Assembly: GCF_030028105.1 (NCBI RefSeq)
Contig: NC_092371.1
Location: forward strand, 212,658,031 to 212,722,030
Length of the DNA stretch: 64,000 bases
From: Mobula birostris
Lineage: Eukaryota
Direction of reading: 5' to 3'
Of this stretch, positions 23,901 through 36,828 are shown in pieces. Below the pieces are notes generated by a model that searched no databases, was not told where the DNA came from, and saw only the letters and a program-made list of their open reading frames with translations. The translations under genes and the position numbers were made by a program. How positions within the stretch are numbered: position 1 is the first letter of the stretch; each line of letters opens with the position of its first letter.

Positions 23901-26900
23901 CCTTTGAAGCAATGTAGTGGACTGAAATCAAAATGGAAGAGGAATGGAAAATTAGTGACAGGTGACTAACCAGAAACTTAAAGAGTCATCATTATATAAT
24001 AGAAATGGATCAAATATTCCAGATCCAAAACGTGTGCCCAAGCTCCCAGTCACTTCTCTTCATTCTTCCTCAATCTTCTCAATGAAGATTAAAAATTAGA
24101 GATGTAGTGCAGAACAAGCCCTCCCAACCCAACCACCTGCGCTGCCCAGCAACCCACCTATTTAACCCTAGCCTAATCACAGGACAATTTATAATGACCA
24201 ATTAACCTACTAACCAATGCTGTACATCACTGGAATGACATACAGTACTTCATCTTCTGAAGAAACAAAATACATCTTTATAACTCAAAATGTTATGTCC
24301 CAACAATTTCAGATGATGATTCAACATATTCTGTCAATCCATTGTATGTTTCAGTTGCTGAACACTGGCCCTTTCGCTTTGCATCATCAATCCATTTGTC
24401 ACTTAATGAGTCCCACCTTCTAACCCACCACAGATCAATTTCTTTCTGCATCATGGTACAACTTACTTCTAACTTTATCCACTTCCAATGCAAGGGAGTT
24501 GACATGAAACACCCAGCTGTTTCTCCTAATGCTGCTGGGCCTAAGGAATGACAACATTTTTGACTTCTTAAATTCCTCAGAGGAGTTTTATTTGTACTAT
24601 AATTCAGGTCACTTTCATCCTTTTTGTTGGTTATCTTTCAAAAGGTGCTAAGACCAAAATCAACTGATCATTATCACAGTTGCACAAAACATCAAAGGCA
24701 ATAGGCTTTTTTTTGGAGAAGCTTACTTTGTGTCACATTCTACATAACCAGCAAATTTCTTTTTACAAATTCTGGAGTTCTACTATGGCTATAGGACAGT
24801 AAAGGCATGCTGTTTGTTTTCACACTCCATTTCTCATGACCAAGAAAAAGTTCAATGCCCATGTACCAGGTATTCAGTTACATGCAGTTGTGGTTCTAAG
24901 TGTTAGGTTTTTAAAATGCTGATTGTAAAGGACCCCAGAACTAAAAAAAACACTATTAGAGTTATGTTTCAATTTAGCCCCGAGCTTGTGTCTTCTCCGC
25001 TTGATATTATACCTGCCAGCTGTGGGATGGGGGGAGGGGGGGGCGGTCAGTGGTGAGGATACATATCTGGAATTGATGAATCTCTAGTTTGATCATTTTA
25101 GTAAGCAAAAGCTAGATCATTCTTCGGAATATGCTTGTGTCCTGAGACAACATCAGGTGGTTGTTGTAACAGACACATAACACAGTTCATTCTTGAAAAT
25201 GCGCTAAAGTACAAGAACATGTTAAATGAAAGGTCTTTAATGCTGTGAGTACACAAGGATATATGACCACCATCTCCCATGTGTGACGTGGGCATTTAAA
25301 ACAAGGAGGCATTTATTTTAAGAATTCACTTATCCATTATTCTATAACCTCAATTTCTAAATAACAATTTTTCCCCTGCTGCTAATTTGCACAAGCAAAG
25401 CAGAAACCATTCCTGAAGCTGAAAACAGTGCAAAAACAGAAATTAAATTTAATTTTATAAAACTAAAATTACAAACTAAAGTTTAATTGCAGTGCAATTT
25501 ATATAATTTGTATATTTGATATTTTTTAAAAATCACATGTAAAAATAGCAAGTTTCCTAGAAAATCATACTTTTAAATGTTCTGATGGATGGACTAATAA
25601 TTATTACACAGATGAGGGAACCTGTATTCCTCTCGTGTTATAGTTGGAGACAATGAAAAAAGGCATGCATTTTCGGATTGATCTTTGTAATTTCTAAGAA
25701 TCCATGAATTGAAAATAAATTGTCAACAGGAAATATAGATTTTTAGAAGCAAATAGTTTGAAGGGAGTTAATTGATTTTGTTTGTAAAATTTTGTTCTTC
25801 ATTCTACGTGCTTTCTCATACTAAACAAACCAAAGTTGTTTTGTTTGGATTTAGCTTGGCTAGTACAGAATGCATTTTTTAAATTATAATTGCTCAAGAC
25901 CTTTATCAATTTAATTTGCTTTGAATCTATTGATAAGATATGATGCACCTTCTAAACGTTCAAGGTTACAGCAAAAATACTGATTGCAAAGTGTGTTAAG
26001 ACTGTGTTTGTCGTAAGTAAGCCAAGTAGTCTGTACATTTTCTATGAGCAATAAAATAGCACCAAGTTCAAAACTCCACTTTGCTAGAGCAATTCGATCT
26101 TCAACAAAAATCAAATACAAAGAACTGTGGTTTGATACCTTCTCATTTAAACACAAGTTGGGATTATCCAAAGTTATGCAGAGCAGAGGACAAGAACCTC
26201 ATTATCAAATTAACTCATTAAATACATTAACCACAGAAGATTTTACCCATGGTGGAAAAAAAAATGTGCAGAAGGCATGAACCTTGTCAAAGAATAAATT
26301 ATTCCTGATTTAAAACATTACAATCCTAGGGAAGTTGGAACAAATATGTGGAGCTAGATCACAGATGATCACTGAAAAGACTCAAGATACTAAATGGCAC
26401 CCTCTGTCCTTAGATTTTACTGAAAAATCAGTTGTGTTCATTATCTGACAAAATATGGGCATCAAATGTAACCCTATTTTAACAATACCTCTGATTATAA
26501 GCTTGAGTGTTAGAAATTCAAACCACTGTATTAAAGAATGGCAAACATTACAGCTACAAACATAATAGAAAACTAACGAATAAGAAACGTTAGCCAAGAT
26601 ATTTTGCTTAATTTCCAGTTAAATACCATGCATTTTACAAAACCTATTTACATTTCAGCCATTCTCTTTCACTACAGTATACAACCTTGAAGTGATTAAT
26701 GCCCAAAATAAGGTTAGGTGAAGAGATGTCCAGACATTATTTGTTGGACCATCAAACTCTCAGTGTGGTCCTTACAAGGACAATGCAACTGTTATGGACA
26801 AAAATAATATTGTATGTTTGAAAGACCCTCACGTTCCAGTATCTGGACAGGAACAGGAATGATAAGATATTTAGAGATTTTACTTAAACTGGCTAAATCT

Positions 26901-28639
26901 ATTGTTCAAGTTTACATTTTATACTATATGGGATACTAGAAACTTGGATAACTCAGTGATATTATTTCAAACAATTAAATTTTTTCTTTAGCAACTGCAG
27001 CATTGACACAGTAACACACTGCAGCTTCTTCTATGAGACTTGTTCTACCAGTAGGTCAACATAACTTCTATTGTTTAGGTTTGTCAGCTGTAAACATATA
27101 CATTAAAATATGCACACACCCTTTATACACAATAACTTCATACATAGCAAAATGAACTGTTTATAAATTCATTATAAATGAAGTATACATTCCATTTTTT
27201 ACTATTACTCTGACAAAAAATAACCAGTTCTAAAGTTTTTTTTCAAATACAGTATTTTGTTTGCATTGATTAATATTTTACAATTCTTGTAAAAATACTT
27301 TAGTTGGTATGACAATTTTATTATACTTAGTGGCAGATCAAAACTTGCTTAACAAGGCTAAATTGCTGAACTTAAAAACTATGATCGAAGTCCACAAGCA
27401 GCGTGAAGACTTGGTTGTTTATGACCAGAAATGGGAGGAAAATATCAGTCTCAGGCAATAAAATAGCCCAATTCCATACAAAGAGCAGTTGGTAATTCCG
27501 ATTAAGCAAAAGTGAACACATTGAAGCTATTTGTTTTATAAAATCACCATAAATTCCAGTGCTTTATTTTCTTTTAAATGACCACTGTAGAAAATTTAAA
27601 CAATCCAGATAAATGTGCAGTTATATTTACATAAATGGCATTTGTAAAATCTGATCTAGCTATAAAAGTTAGTTAACTGTGCATGAAGTCCAGGTCAAAG
27701 GATCACAGAGTTAGTCGTCCATCAAATTGCATTTTCTCACTCAGTTGCTAACTTAATATATTATAGAAACTCGCTTTCAATTGCTAAGAATCAGATTAAA
27801 AATAAAAAGATTTATAAAGCAACTCAGCTGGTCACTCCAAGCAAACGCAAACAATGGTTGACTTTTCAATAGGTTACAAGGGACACAATGAAATAGTTTT
27901 GCAGTACACATCAGCACCTAAGAGTTAAAGAATCCTAATATATAACTAACAAGTTTTATTTCCTGTGGTATTTGCAACTCTATGATTGATCTGCCAATTA
28001 AAAATGAATCCATGTTGTCCCACTACAACATTTATTTGGAGAAATAGTAAAGGGAGGGAAATAATGACTTACAGAAAATTAAAATCCTGACAACAGATAG
28101 CAGCACTGAATTCACAACTAACATTCATCTTCTACACTTAAGTGACAGAATTTTTTGGTCAGACTACCTTATCAAGAGGAGTCAAATGGCAACTTTACAT
28201 TTTCAATATAGCTGATAAAAGTGTACAGAAATTTTAGATATTTTACAAAATCAATCTTTTCACAAACATTTCCAGTCTATTAACTATTTGGCACAGATTT
28301 CAATCAGTAATAAAAGTGCTGTGCTGAACAGGCCTATTAGGCCAAACAGATGCTTTTAAGATGAACACAGCTTGACAGAGACACCAACCCATCAAATGTA
28401 AAAAAAATAATTTTGCTAAAACATTAATTCTAATAATTTGTGTCATTCAAATAAAAACATCTATATGGTCAATCAAAAGCTGCTGCACATTATTCATCTT
28501 TCCAAACTTGCAGGCTTAAATATTCTTGCACATTAAATTAACTTATTTTTAAATTCTAAATCAGAAATATTAAAGACATACTTTTATTCCCAAACAAAAT
28601 TTGATATAACTACCAACTAGTAGTGTTTATACTGCTATA

Positions 28640-29755
28640 TAAACAGCAGATGCACTTTCACTGGCTCTCCACTTGGTCTTGACAACAGCAATGTGTGTGT
28701 CAGGATACTGCTTATTGGCTACAACTCAGCATTCAACACAATCACACCTCGGTACTAATCAATAAGCTTTAAAAAAACTGGGCCTCTATACTTCCCTCTG
28801 CAACTGGATCCTCGACTTCCTCATCAGGAGACCACAGTAAGCGCAGTTCAGAAATAAATCACCCTAATGGCACACCTCAAGTTGTGTGCTAAGCTCACTG
28901 CACTACTCTCCCTACACCTACGACTACGTGGCTAAGCACAACACAAACAACATCTATAAATTCCCCAATAACACAACTGTTGCAGGCATCGTCTCAGATG
29001 GTGCTGAGGAAACATACAGGAGTGAGATAGAATGACTCATTGAGTCATGTTGCAACAACCTTGCACTCAACATCAGTAAGACTAAGGAATTGATTGTGGA
29101 CTTCAGGAAGGGGAAGTTGAGGAAACACACACCAGTCCTTATTGAAAGGTCAGCAGTGGAGAAGATGAGCAGTTTCAAGCTCCTGGTTGACAACAGCTAA
29201 GATGATCTATCCTAGGACCAACATATTGATGTAATTATGAAGAGGGCACACCAGCAACGATATTTCATTGGGAATTTGAGAAGATTTGGTATGTCACCAA
29301 AGACTCCAACAAAGTTTTACATATATATATCATGGAGAGTATTCTAACTGATGAACGGAGGGGCCACTACACAGGATCAGAAAAGACTGCAGAGGGTTGT
29401 AAACTCAGCCAGCTCCATCACAGGCACTAGCCTCCCCACCATCAGGATACCTTCAAAAGGTGATGCCTCAAGAAGGCAGCATCCATCACCATAGACCCCC
29501 CGTCATTGTTACCATCAGAGAGGTGGTACAGGAGCCTGAAGACACATTTTAGGAACAGCATTTTCCCTCCACCATCAGATTTCTGAATGGACAACAAACC
29601 CATGAACAGCACCTCACAACTTTTCTGCTCTTTTTTGCACTACTTTTTTTTAATATCTGTTTCTTATAATTGATAGCATACTATGTATTGCACTGTACTG
29701 CTGCCGCAAAACAAATTTCACGACATATATCAGTGATAAGAAACCTGATTCTGAT
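28640..29755 (+). mobile_element. Rex1/Babar RT fragment
   Basis: Recognisable RT motifs in broken frames (SAFNTI, LCNWILDFL, GTPQ.CVLS.LHYS, LALNISKTKELIVDFRK) and an AAACCTGATTCTGATT tail. Confidence 0.85.
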
Positions 29756-31302
29756 TACACACCTTGAACAAGACAAGCTTTGGTGATAAACACAGCAAAA
29801 GTATACAACAGCCAAAACTGCATTTTATAACTTACACTGAGCTGTGCTTTACAAGCAGCTTCTCATTTTGAAGCCTAAAATCAGTGCAAGTTGAAATTCC
29901 TTACCATTTCTACTCGGTTATAAGTTCAGTGGAATGAAGTATAAAGTTATGATTTCAGTTCAACTATTTAAAAAAAACTAAGCGCAATGAGTCCTTTGTT
30001 TAAAACAGGTTATTTCCTATAAGAATGATTCAGTTGATTTGCAGATGAATTTATCAACATAAAATTCGAGTTTACAAAAATTTTCAATGCATTGGTTGTG
30101 AGAGAGAGATCCCTCAGGAAACTGCCATATCTTGGTTACATACATATTTAAAATTAAATGTTTGGCTGAAATAAATTCTGGATCCTCCTTTTCTAGTTAT
30201 CACTTCTGCAGCCATATTTTTTGTCTGATAACAGCTGGGTTAATCAAGATTCCAATGATTCAGACTGTGGCTGAACGCTGGAGACATTTACACCTAAAGA
30301 GGTAAACAAATCAAAATGAGTAACTACAATGCAATATTCTATGCAATATAAAATACAGGTGAAAATACATTCAGCAGCTGCTGATGAATGAGTAGGCTGA
30401 AGATTGACAAAGGATGGGAAACAACTAAAATATTGAGGAAACCTATGAGAGTATGTTTTAGAGATGATAATATTGCTGTGCATTTTCAATGCAAGCATGG
30501 TTGACATTTTGGAGCACAACTGGATCCAGAATTCCACACTTAGCAGAAATTTGAGGATGGCCCCAGATAAAGTTTGGGAAGGTATCCAACGAATTACACT
30601 AGAATAAAAACAGACCACCACAGCTTGTTCTAGCATGATCCAGGAGGAAAATCAAGAATGTATTTTAAGGACAGAATACAAGCTGAAAAGTCTTCCAGGC
30701 ATGAAACATAATTTAAAAGCCAGACCAGAAATACAAAAGTCTCCACATGTAACTCAAATGTGAAAATCTGTCACAGAGAATTGATTGGCATACCATAAAC
30801 TATTTACTTTGAGAAATAGATTTGAATTCAATACACAAGTATTTAAATTCAAAACCAGATTGATTACTAGTAAAAGAGTTCAAACACTTAAAGCATGACT
30901 TAAGCGGACACAAGAGACAAAATTTTAATAAGTTAAAGAATTGCCGCTTTTAAGGCATCATTGTAAATCCACCTGCTTAACCATTTTGATTTAGTTACAA
31001 GGGAATAGCAACAAAATATACAAATCTAGTGTGAAATCAATATAAATTAGCTCAATTTCTGGTCTGATCGTAAGAATATGATGTATTCTTGTTAAATAAC
31101 ATTTACAGCCTACCCATTTATTATTTTTGTAATGTGCTAGAGATATTTAGAGATATAGAGATAATTAATGTGCTAGAGATATCAGTTTAATCACAAAATC
31201 ATTAAAATGGAAACAATTTATTCAACTTTTAAAGCATTGGTATAATCTACAGCATTCATTAGCCCTAAGTCAGACATTCATAATGAAAAGAAATGATGAA
31301 CC

Positions 31303-31385
31303 TTAATTCTCTGATGCCTCATGTCGTTCATCTGCCTTTACAGAGGCCGAATTAGTTGTTGGTTGAGTGATAATGATCTTTTCCC
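31303..31385 (-). CDS. DNAJC5G: DNAJC5G-like last coding exon
   Basis: A strong polypyrimidine acceptor (tctttttttttgttcattag|GG) in the correct phase. Encodes (G)EKIIITQPTTNSASVKADERHEASEN*; IIITQP matches the CSP C-terminal IVIQP motif. Total CDS is 570 nt, 189 aa. Confidence 0.85.
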
Positions 31386-31909
31386 CTAATGAACAAAAAA
31401 AAAGACAATCTCAGAAAAGTGTTCCAAATTCTATTAATCAATACACTGAAGTTCTTTACTATTGATAAAACAGCTTTGCATTTGACATTTAACCAGTAAG
31501 CCACAAGTGTGTCCTTTAATCCTGTGAGCCACTGGAGATGAACATTCAGGAAAAATAAATTTCAGAGATTTTAGACAATTGGAAATGGGAATTATAGGCA
31601 TACGTTTCCACATGTTAGTTTTTAAGCAGTTCCCTGTGTAAGACTGCAAGTAGCAAACTATTCTGTTTAACACCACCATTTTAAAAAAAAGATCAACTAT
31701 GCTATAGATAACTTATTGACAAGTATGGCACTAGTTTCATATAATTCACCTTTTTAAAACATTCATCCACAATGATCAGTAGATGTACTGTGTTTAAGTA
31801 TTTAAAATGAGACACTGCACATCCCTGGAGTACTTGAGATATCAGGTGAGATCTAAAGTAGTTTTGGCACTCCAAAATAGTGCATGTATCATAAGACCAT
31901 AAGACATAG

Positions 31910-32310
31910 GAACAGAATTCGTCTATTCAGTCCATCAAGTCTGCTCCATTCCATTATGGTTGATTTATTATCCTTCTCAAACCCATTTTCCTGCCTTCTC
32001 CCCATCAATATTTACACCCTTACTAAACAAGAATGTATTAAACTTTATTTTAAATATACCCAAATGATTTGGCCTCTTTAGTCATCCATGGTTTGAATTC
32101 CCTTTAGTAACAGAGATGAGGAGGAATTCCTTTAGCAAAAGGGCAATGAATTTATGGAAGTCTTTCTATTCTGAGGCTCTGTCCTCTGGTACTCGACCAC
32201 TTCACCATCAGTAACATCCTTGCCACGTCCACTCTAGCTAGGCCTTTCAATATTCTATCACCCCCCCCCATCCCCCAATTCTTCTAAACTCCAGTGAGTA
32301 CAGGCCCAAA
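31910..32310 (-). mobile_element. CR1 3' fragment
   Basis: CATAAGACCATAAGACATAGG tail like that at 1965, and antisense LGLYSLEFRRI. Confidence 0.8.
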
Positions 32311-33462
32311 ACATCAAGCAGGCGGGGGTAGAAAACTTGCACAGCATGCTTGCCTTCATCAGTCAGAGCACTAAGTATACATGTTGGGAAGTCATGTTGC
32401 AGTTGCAGTTGTTTAAAATGTTGGTTAGCCACATTCTGAGTTTCACTGACACGACAAAAAGGATGTAGTCACTTTGGAGAATGTGAAGAGGTTGTGTGAA
32501 TTGAAATGGATTAAATAAAAGGAGGGTTTGGACAAATTGCTCCCTTTCAAGCAAAGGCTGAGAGACAACCTACTAGAAATGTGTAAACTTAAGAATAGAT
32601 AAGGCAGGTAATTTTCTGTGGTTATGATAAATGGCTTGAAGCTGAACACAATTTCAGATTACTTGTATCATGCAGGAATTTGGAAAAACAAATAAACTTT
32701 TATTGAATATAATGTGTTTAATTGCATAATGGTGCTGATGCTTTGCAAAAGTTCAACTAAGCTAAATATATTTTGTTGATGACTTTCATTTGGACTCAAG
32801 TGTCTGAGGCTTCTCGCATAAGTGTCCAACAATAATCAGGCAGCATTGATGGATTCCATGAATACAACGTCCAGGTGAGACCTTTCACCATGCTCGTCAT
32901 TGGCAGCGCCAAGATTTGCAGGGAAGTAGTCTCAATGGGAATGCAGAAAATGAATCTTCAGAGACATGTTGCACTTCATAGTTTTGTATGCTTGAAGCAT
33001 GTTGTCAACCAGCTGCACAGAGCTTGGTGCTCTGTAGTTGCCAAGAAAATTTTCAGTAGCATCTTTGAATGCCTTCCTTGTGACTTTCTCCAGTCTCACT
33101 AGAAGTTCATTGAATTGCCTGTCATTGATGACCTGTTTGATTTGTGGATCAACAAAAATGTCTTCCTCAAACTTGGTATCAGTTATTGTAGGAAATATCT
33201 GTCTCAAATATCGAAATCCTTCATCTTCCTTGTCCATCTCTTTCACAAGAAATTTCATAAGCCTCAGTTTTATGTTAAGAAGAGGCAAAAATATCTTTGG
33301 TTTTATAAGTGGCTTATGTGCTACATTTTTCTGCCCTGGAACCAACTGCTTATGGAGTGGTCAATTGTTTTTAATTTAATGAGATCCTTTAGCATGGCTG
33401 TCCAATCTGCAAATGAATCAATCAGCACTTGGTGTATCTGAGCTGTATTCCTAGTAGTAGCA

Positions 33463-33666
33463 AATCGTAAACACAAAATAATCTGCAGATGCTGTGGTCA
33501 AAGCAACACTCACAACACGCTGGAGGAACTCAGCAGGTCGGGCAGCATCTGTGGAAAAGATCGGTCCACGTTTCGGTCCTGACAAAGGGTTCCGGCCTGA
33601 AACGTCAACCGATCTTTTCCATGGATGCTGCCCGACCTGCTGAGTTCCTCCAGCGTGCTGTGAGTG
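33463..33666. mobile_element. Fold-back element, copy 3, nested in the Chapaev-like transposon
   Basis: Inverted arms at about 33506-33575 and 33599-33668. Exact 15-bp TSD TTCCTAGTAGTAGCA (33448-33462, 33667-33681). Confidence 0.92.
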
Positions 33667-34499
33667 TTCCTAGTAGTAGCACTTCTACTTTCAGATCACC
33701 ACAGATGTTCCAATTGTAGTTGCTGTACTGTATGCATTTCTACAAGACTTCCAACTTTCAGTAGTTTTCTTTCATCTGTACTGCACAGTCGATTGGCATT
33801 GAAAGGCAGACATTGCTGTTGTGTAGCAGCTCAGCTTTCAGGCTTAACATTGAAGAATCAATAAAAGATACCATTCTCGCGGGTCATGCTGCCAACCCAA
33901 AGCAATCAAAAGCCCATTATGTCAATGCAGAAACACAGATCATCAACCTGACCAGAGAATTATGTCAAATCTTCTTGTCAGCTGTGAAAGACGGATATTT
34001 TCGTGTCTGGTGACAGCAGGTTCCATCCTTGCAGTCTTGAACCCAGTAATTCTGCTTTTGCCTTTGACAAACCCAAATCTCCGATCAGGTCATTTAACTC
34101 AAATTGAGTTATCAGATGAGGCCCATTCAACATGAAGGGTTCAAAATCTATATCATTATCAATGTCGTTTCCCATTCCTGGCTCGTGCATCACAGCATCT
34201 TCGTCTGCATACTCTAGACTCCATGTCTCTGGTGGCTTTGATACTGGAAGACTATTGTCATGGCTGAAGGAAGATTAGGGTATTTGATCTTTTTTTTAAA
34301 ATTTTTTTTAAACGCAGAAACCAGACACACTGGTCAGACAGAAGTAGCAGTCCGTCACATGATCCTTCTGCTCTCCCCATATTATCGGGACAGCAAACTG
34401 CATTGAGTTCCGAGTACCTCTGAGCCAAGCTCTAAGATCGACAGCACATATTGTGTAACAAACGTGAGGACCTCAGGCTTTATCTTGGTCGCCAATTTC

Positions 34500-34772
34500 A
34501 GAATCAGATTTAATATCACCAGCATATGTCATGAAATCATTAACTATGCAGCAACAGTATAATGCAATATATGAAAAATATAGGAAAAAACTAAATTACA
34601 GTTAAAATAGGTAGTGTAAAGATCAAAATAAAAAAAGTGAGGCAGTGTTCATAGGTTCAATGTCCATTTAGAAATTGGAAGCCAGTAGGGAAGAAGCTGT
34701 TCCTGAATTGTTGAATGTGTGCCTTCAGACTTAAGTACCTCCTTCCTAACGGTAACAATGAGAAGAGGGTAC
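34500..34772 (-). mobile_element. Rex1/Babar-type 3' end nested in the Chapaev-like transposase
   Basis: A (TCTGAT)n tail at about 34500. The transposase reading frame is interrupted here and resumes on both sides. Confidence 0.7.
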
Positions 34773-35056
34773 TTTACCCCCAAGTAGAGCTCACACGCAT
34801 TCTTAATAAGAGGAGTCATGCTCCAACTTTGAGATTTAAGCGTATACTCACCACAAATATAACAGAAAGTTTCGTGACTGTTGCAACATTGGCAAGACAT
34901 TTGTCTATCACCAGTAACTCCGAAAACACAATTACTTTAATATAATGAGTACACGCAATATACCATGCACATAGAGCATGCACATCAACTTGATCACAAA
35001 CTGATATACTCTACATGTAAATGCAATGTACAGACAGTGTGTGCATGATATTTTAT

Positions 35057-35265
35057 GAAGAAGAAGAAAGCCCTCAACTCCGAGTGGAGTCATCAGGTCG
35101 CCGTCATGATGGCGTTTTTTTTTTAGCAGGCTTTCTTATTTTTACGAGGCCGAATTGCTAGCTCGACGCTCAACCCAGCACGGATGGAAAGTGTGCAAGG
35201 GAGCCGGCTGGATTCGAACTCAGGAGCCTTCACTCCGAAGTATGGCACTGATGCTACTTCGCCAA
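35057..35265 (-). mobile_element. tRNA-headed SINE with (TTC)n tail
   Basis: Minus-strand TGGCGAAGTAG A-box and GAGTTCGAATCC B-box, with a CTTCTTCTTC tail. Near-direct repeat CATGAT(A/C)TTTTAT at 35044-35056 and 35283-35295. Confidence 0.8.
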
Positions 35266-36664
35266 AGAAATCATCATTTCTTCATGATCTTTTATAGCCT
35301 TTCTAAAACCTGTTCTGCCATGCAGCATTCACCCTGCCTAAGTATGCTCAGGCATACCTGGACAAGATAGGAAACTTTTCAGCTTACATTTGGGCAACAT
35401 TTTAAATGACTTGAATTATTCATTGAAATAACAAAGATAGGGAACTTCAAAAAAATGGTACAGTATGTGATAGCGACGTGCTGATTTTCATGATCGGCAG
35501 CCTAAAATCAATAACGTACATACAAAAGTATTCAGGAAGCATATATCTTTGTTTTCCAGAGTAATCACTCGTCTCCAAAGTGGAAATGTCAAAGTCTAGA
35601 GGACATGGTTTTAAGGCGAGGTTGCACCAATTAGCTGCAACTTCATGCTGTTAGGCGAGGTTGTGGCTGATGGAATAGTGATGTTTAAGATATATACAGA
35701 AATAGACAGAGAACAGAGGAATTGAAGTACCATGCACAAAATGATGGGATTAGTTTAATTTACTGGCAATATCTAAATGTAGTGGGCCAGAAGGCTTACT
35801 CCTGTGCTACAATTTTCTATGTACTATGTTTACTAAAATTACTACTAGTCCCAAGCTTCTTGTTACTCTGCTACGTTACTAATTTATTCTTGTCCAATTA
35901 CCATCCTTTTATCTATGGAGGTTTCATTTTGCTAATACCTGCTATTTGGAAATATTTTTTCAAAAGCCAGATGTACATTGATCTCAATGCACTGGGACCT
36001 TTTTTTACTCCATTGTGAACCACAATTAACGATCAGAACAAATCAGTGCTGACTTTCATTTACTAACCTACTCCAAATGCCAAAAAAATTAAATTATAAT
36101 CCCCAAAAATTTGCCCATCACCACAGTTAGGCTGACTGATCTTCTGTTACTGAGTCTAGCACTTTTTAAAAACATAAAAACAGGTTTACAACTTCATGGT
36201 GTTGAAAAAGAATGGATATTGAAATAACACATTGCAAAATTTTCTGAAATCGACCCATGAATTTGTTTAGTTAATGTCACAGTCCAAAGCCAATTTAGAG
36301 CAACTATGATGACCAATGATCAAAATCAATCATTAATTTCATGAGCAGTAGCTTGATAACAGTCAGGGATCCCCTGCTGACCAGAATCAACTGTACCGAG
36401 CAAAGCATCTTCAGAATTGTCTTGAAGCTCCCTTGACGCTGTTGTTGTGTGATACATTTTGTGAGTTTGACAATGGTTTTCTTAGAAATAGATTCTAGGA
36501 AACCTAGTATCTAGCAACGGTGGTTTGCTATTGCCTACCATTGGGCGAACTAAAGAAATCACCATTTCTCTTCCTAAATGTTCATCTGAGGACAGAATGT
36601 CAGAATATATGGTGATATCCAAAAAGGAGAGTCCTATCTGCATGCTGAGAATAAACAGGGAAGA

Positions 36665-36828
36665 CATAAAACAAGTACAGAACTTTTGCTAGTTAGGAAG
36701 CTGGGTGACATCAGATGGCAGGTGTGACATGGGCATCAAAAGAAGAATAGGGATGGCAAAAGACACCTTTATGAGAATGAACAGTATACTGACCAATACC
36801 AAACTAGGCATGACAATCCGCCTCAGGT
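36665..36828 (+). mobile_element. RTE-clade LINE fragment
   Basis: Encodes VQNFC*LGSWVTSDGRCDMGIKRRIGMAKDTFMRM, a typical RTE post-RT motif. Confidence 0.75.

Larger units (their letters stand above)
32612..35561 (-). mobile_element. Decayed Chapaev3-like (CMC superfamily) DNA transposon
   Basis: Colinear transposase pieces: CCNSHETFCYICGE; IGDQDKA*GPHVC...QFAVPIIWGEQKDHVTDCYFC; HLITQFELNDLIGDLGLSKAKAELLGSRLQGWNLL; FIDSSMLSLKAELLHN; LPLLNIKLRLMK...NMSLKIHFLHSH; DEHGERSH. A TIR-like end (CTCTGGAAAACAAAG on the minus strand) sits at 35561. It splits a CR1 fragment with TAA on both sides. The family assignment is from recalled motifs. Confidence 0.72.

Noticed and set aside
30244-30636. 130-aa minus-strand ORF downstream of the CSP stop codon
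   Set aside because: No recognisable domain or splice context; likely a chance ORF in the 3' UTR.
35065-35100. CTGATGA followed by a small hairpin (minus strand) as a possible hammerhead
   Set aside because: No GAAA follows stem II (it reads TTGAGG) and no stem I partner is present.
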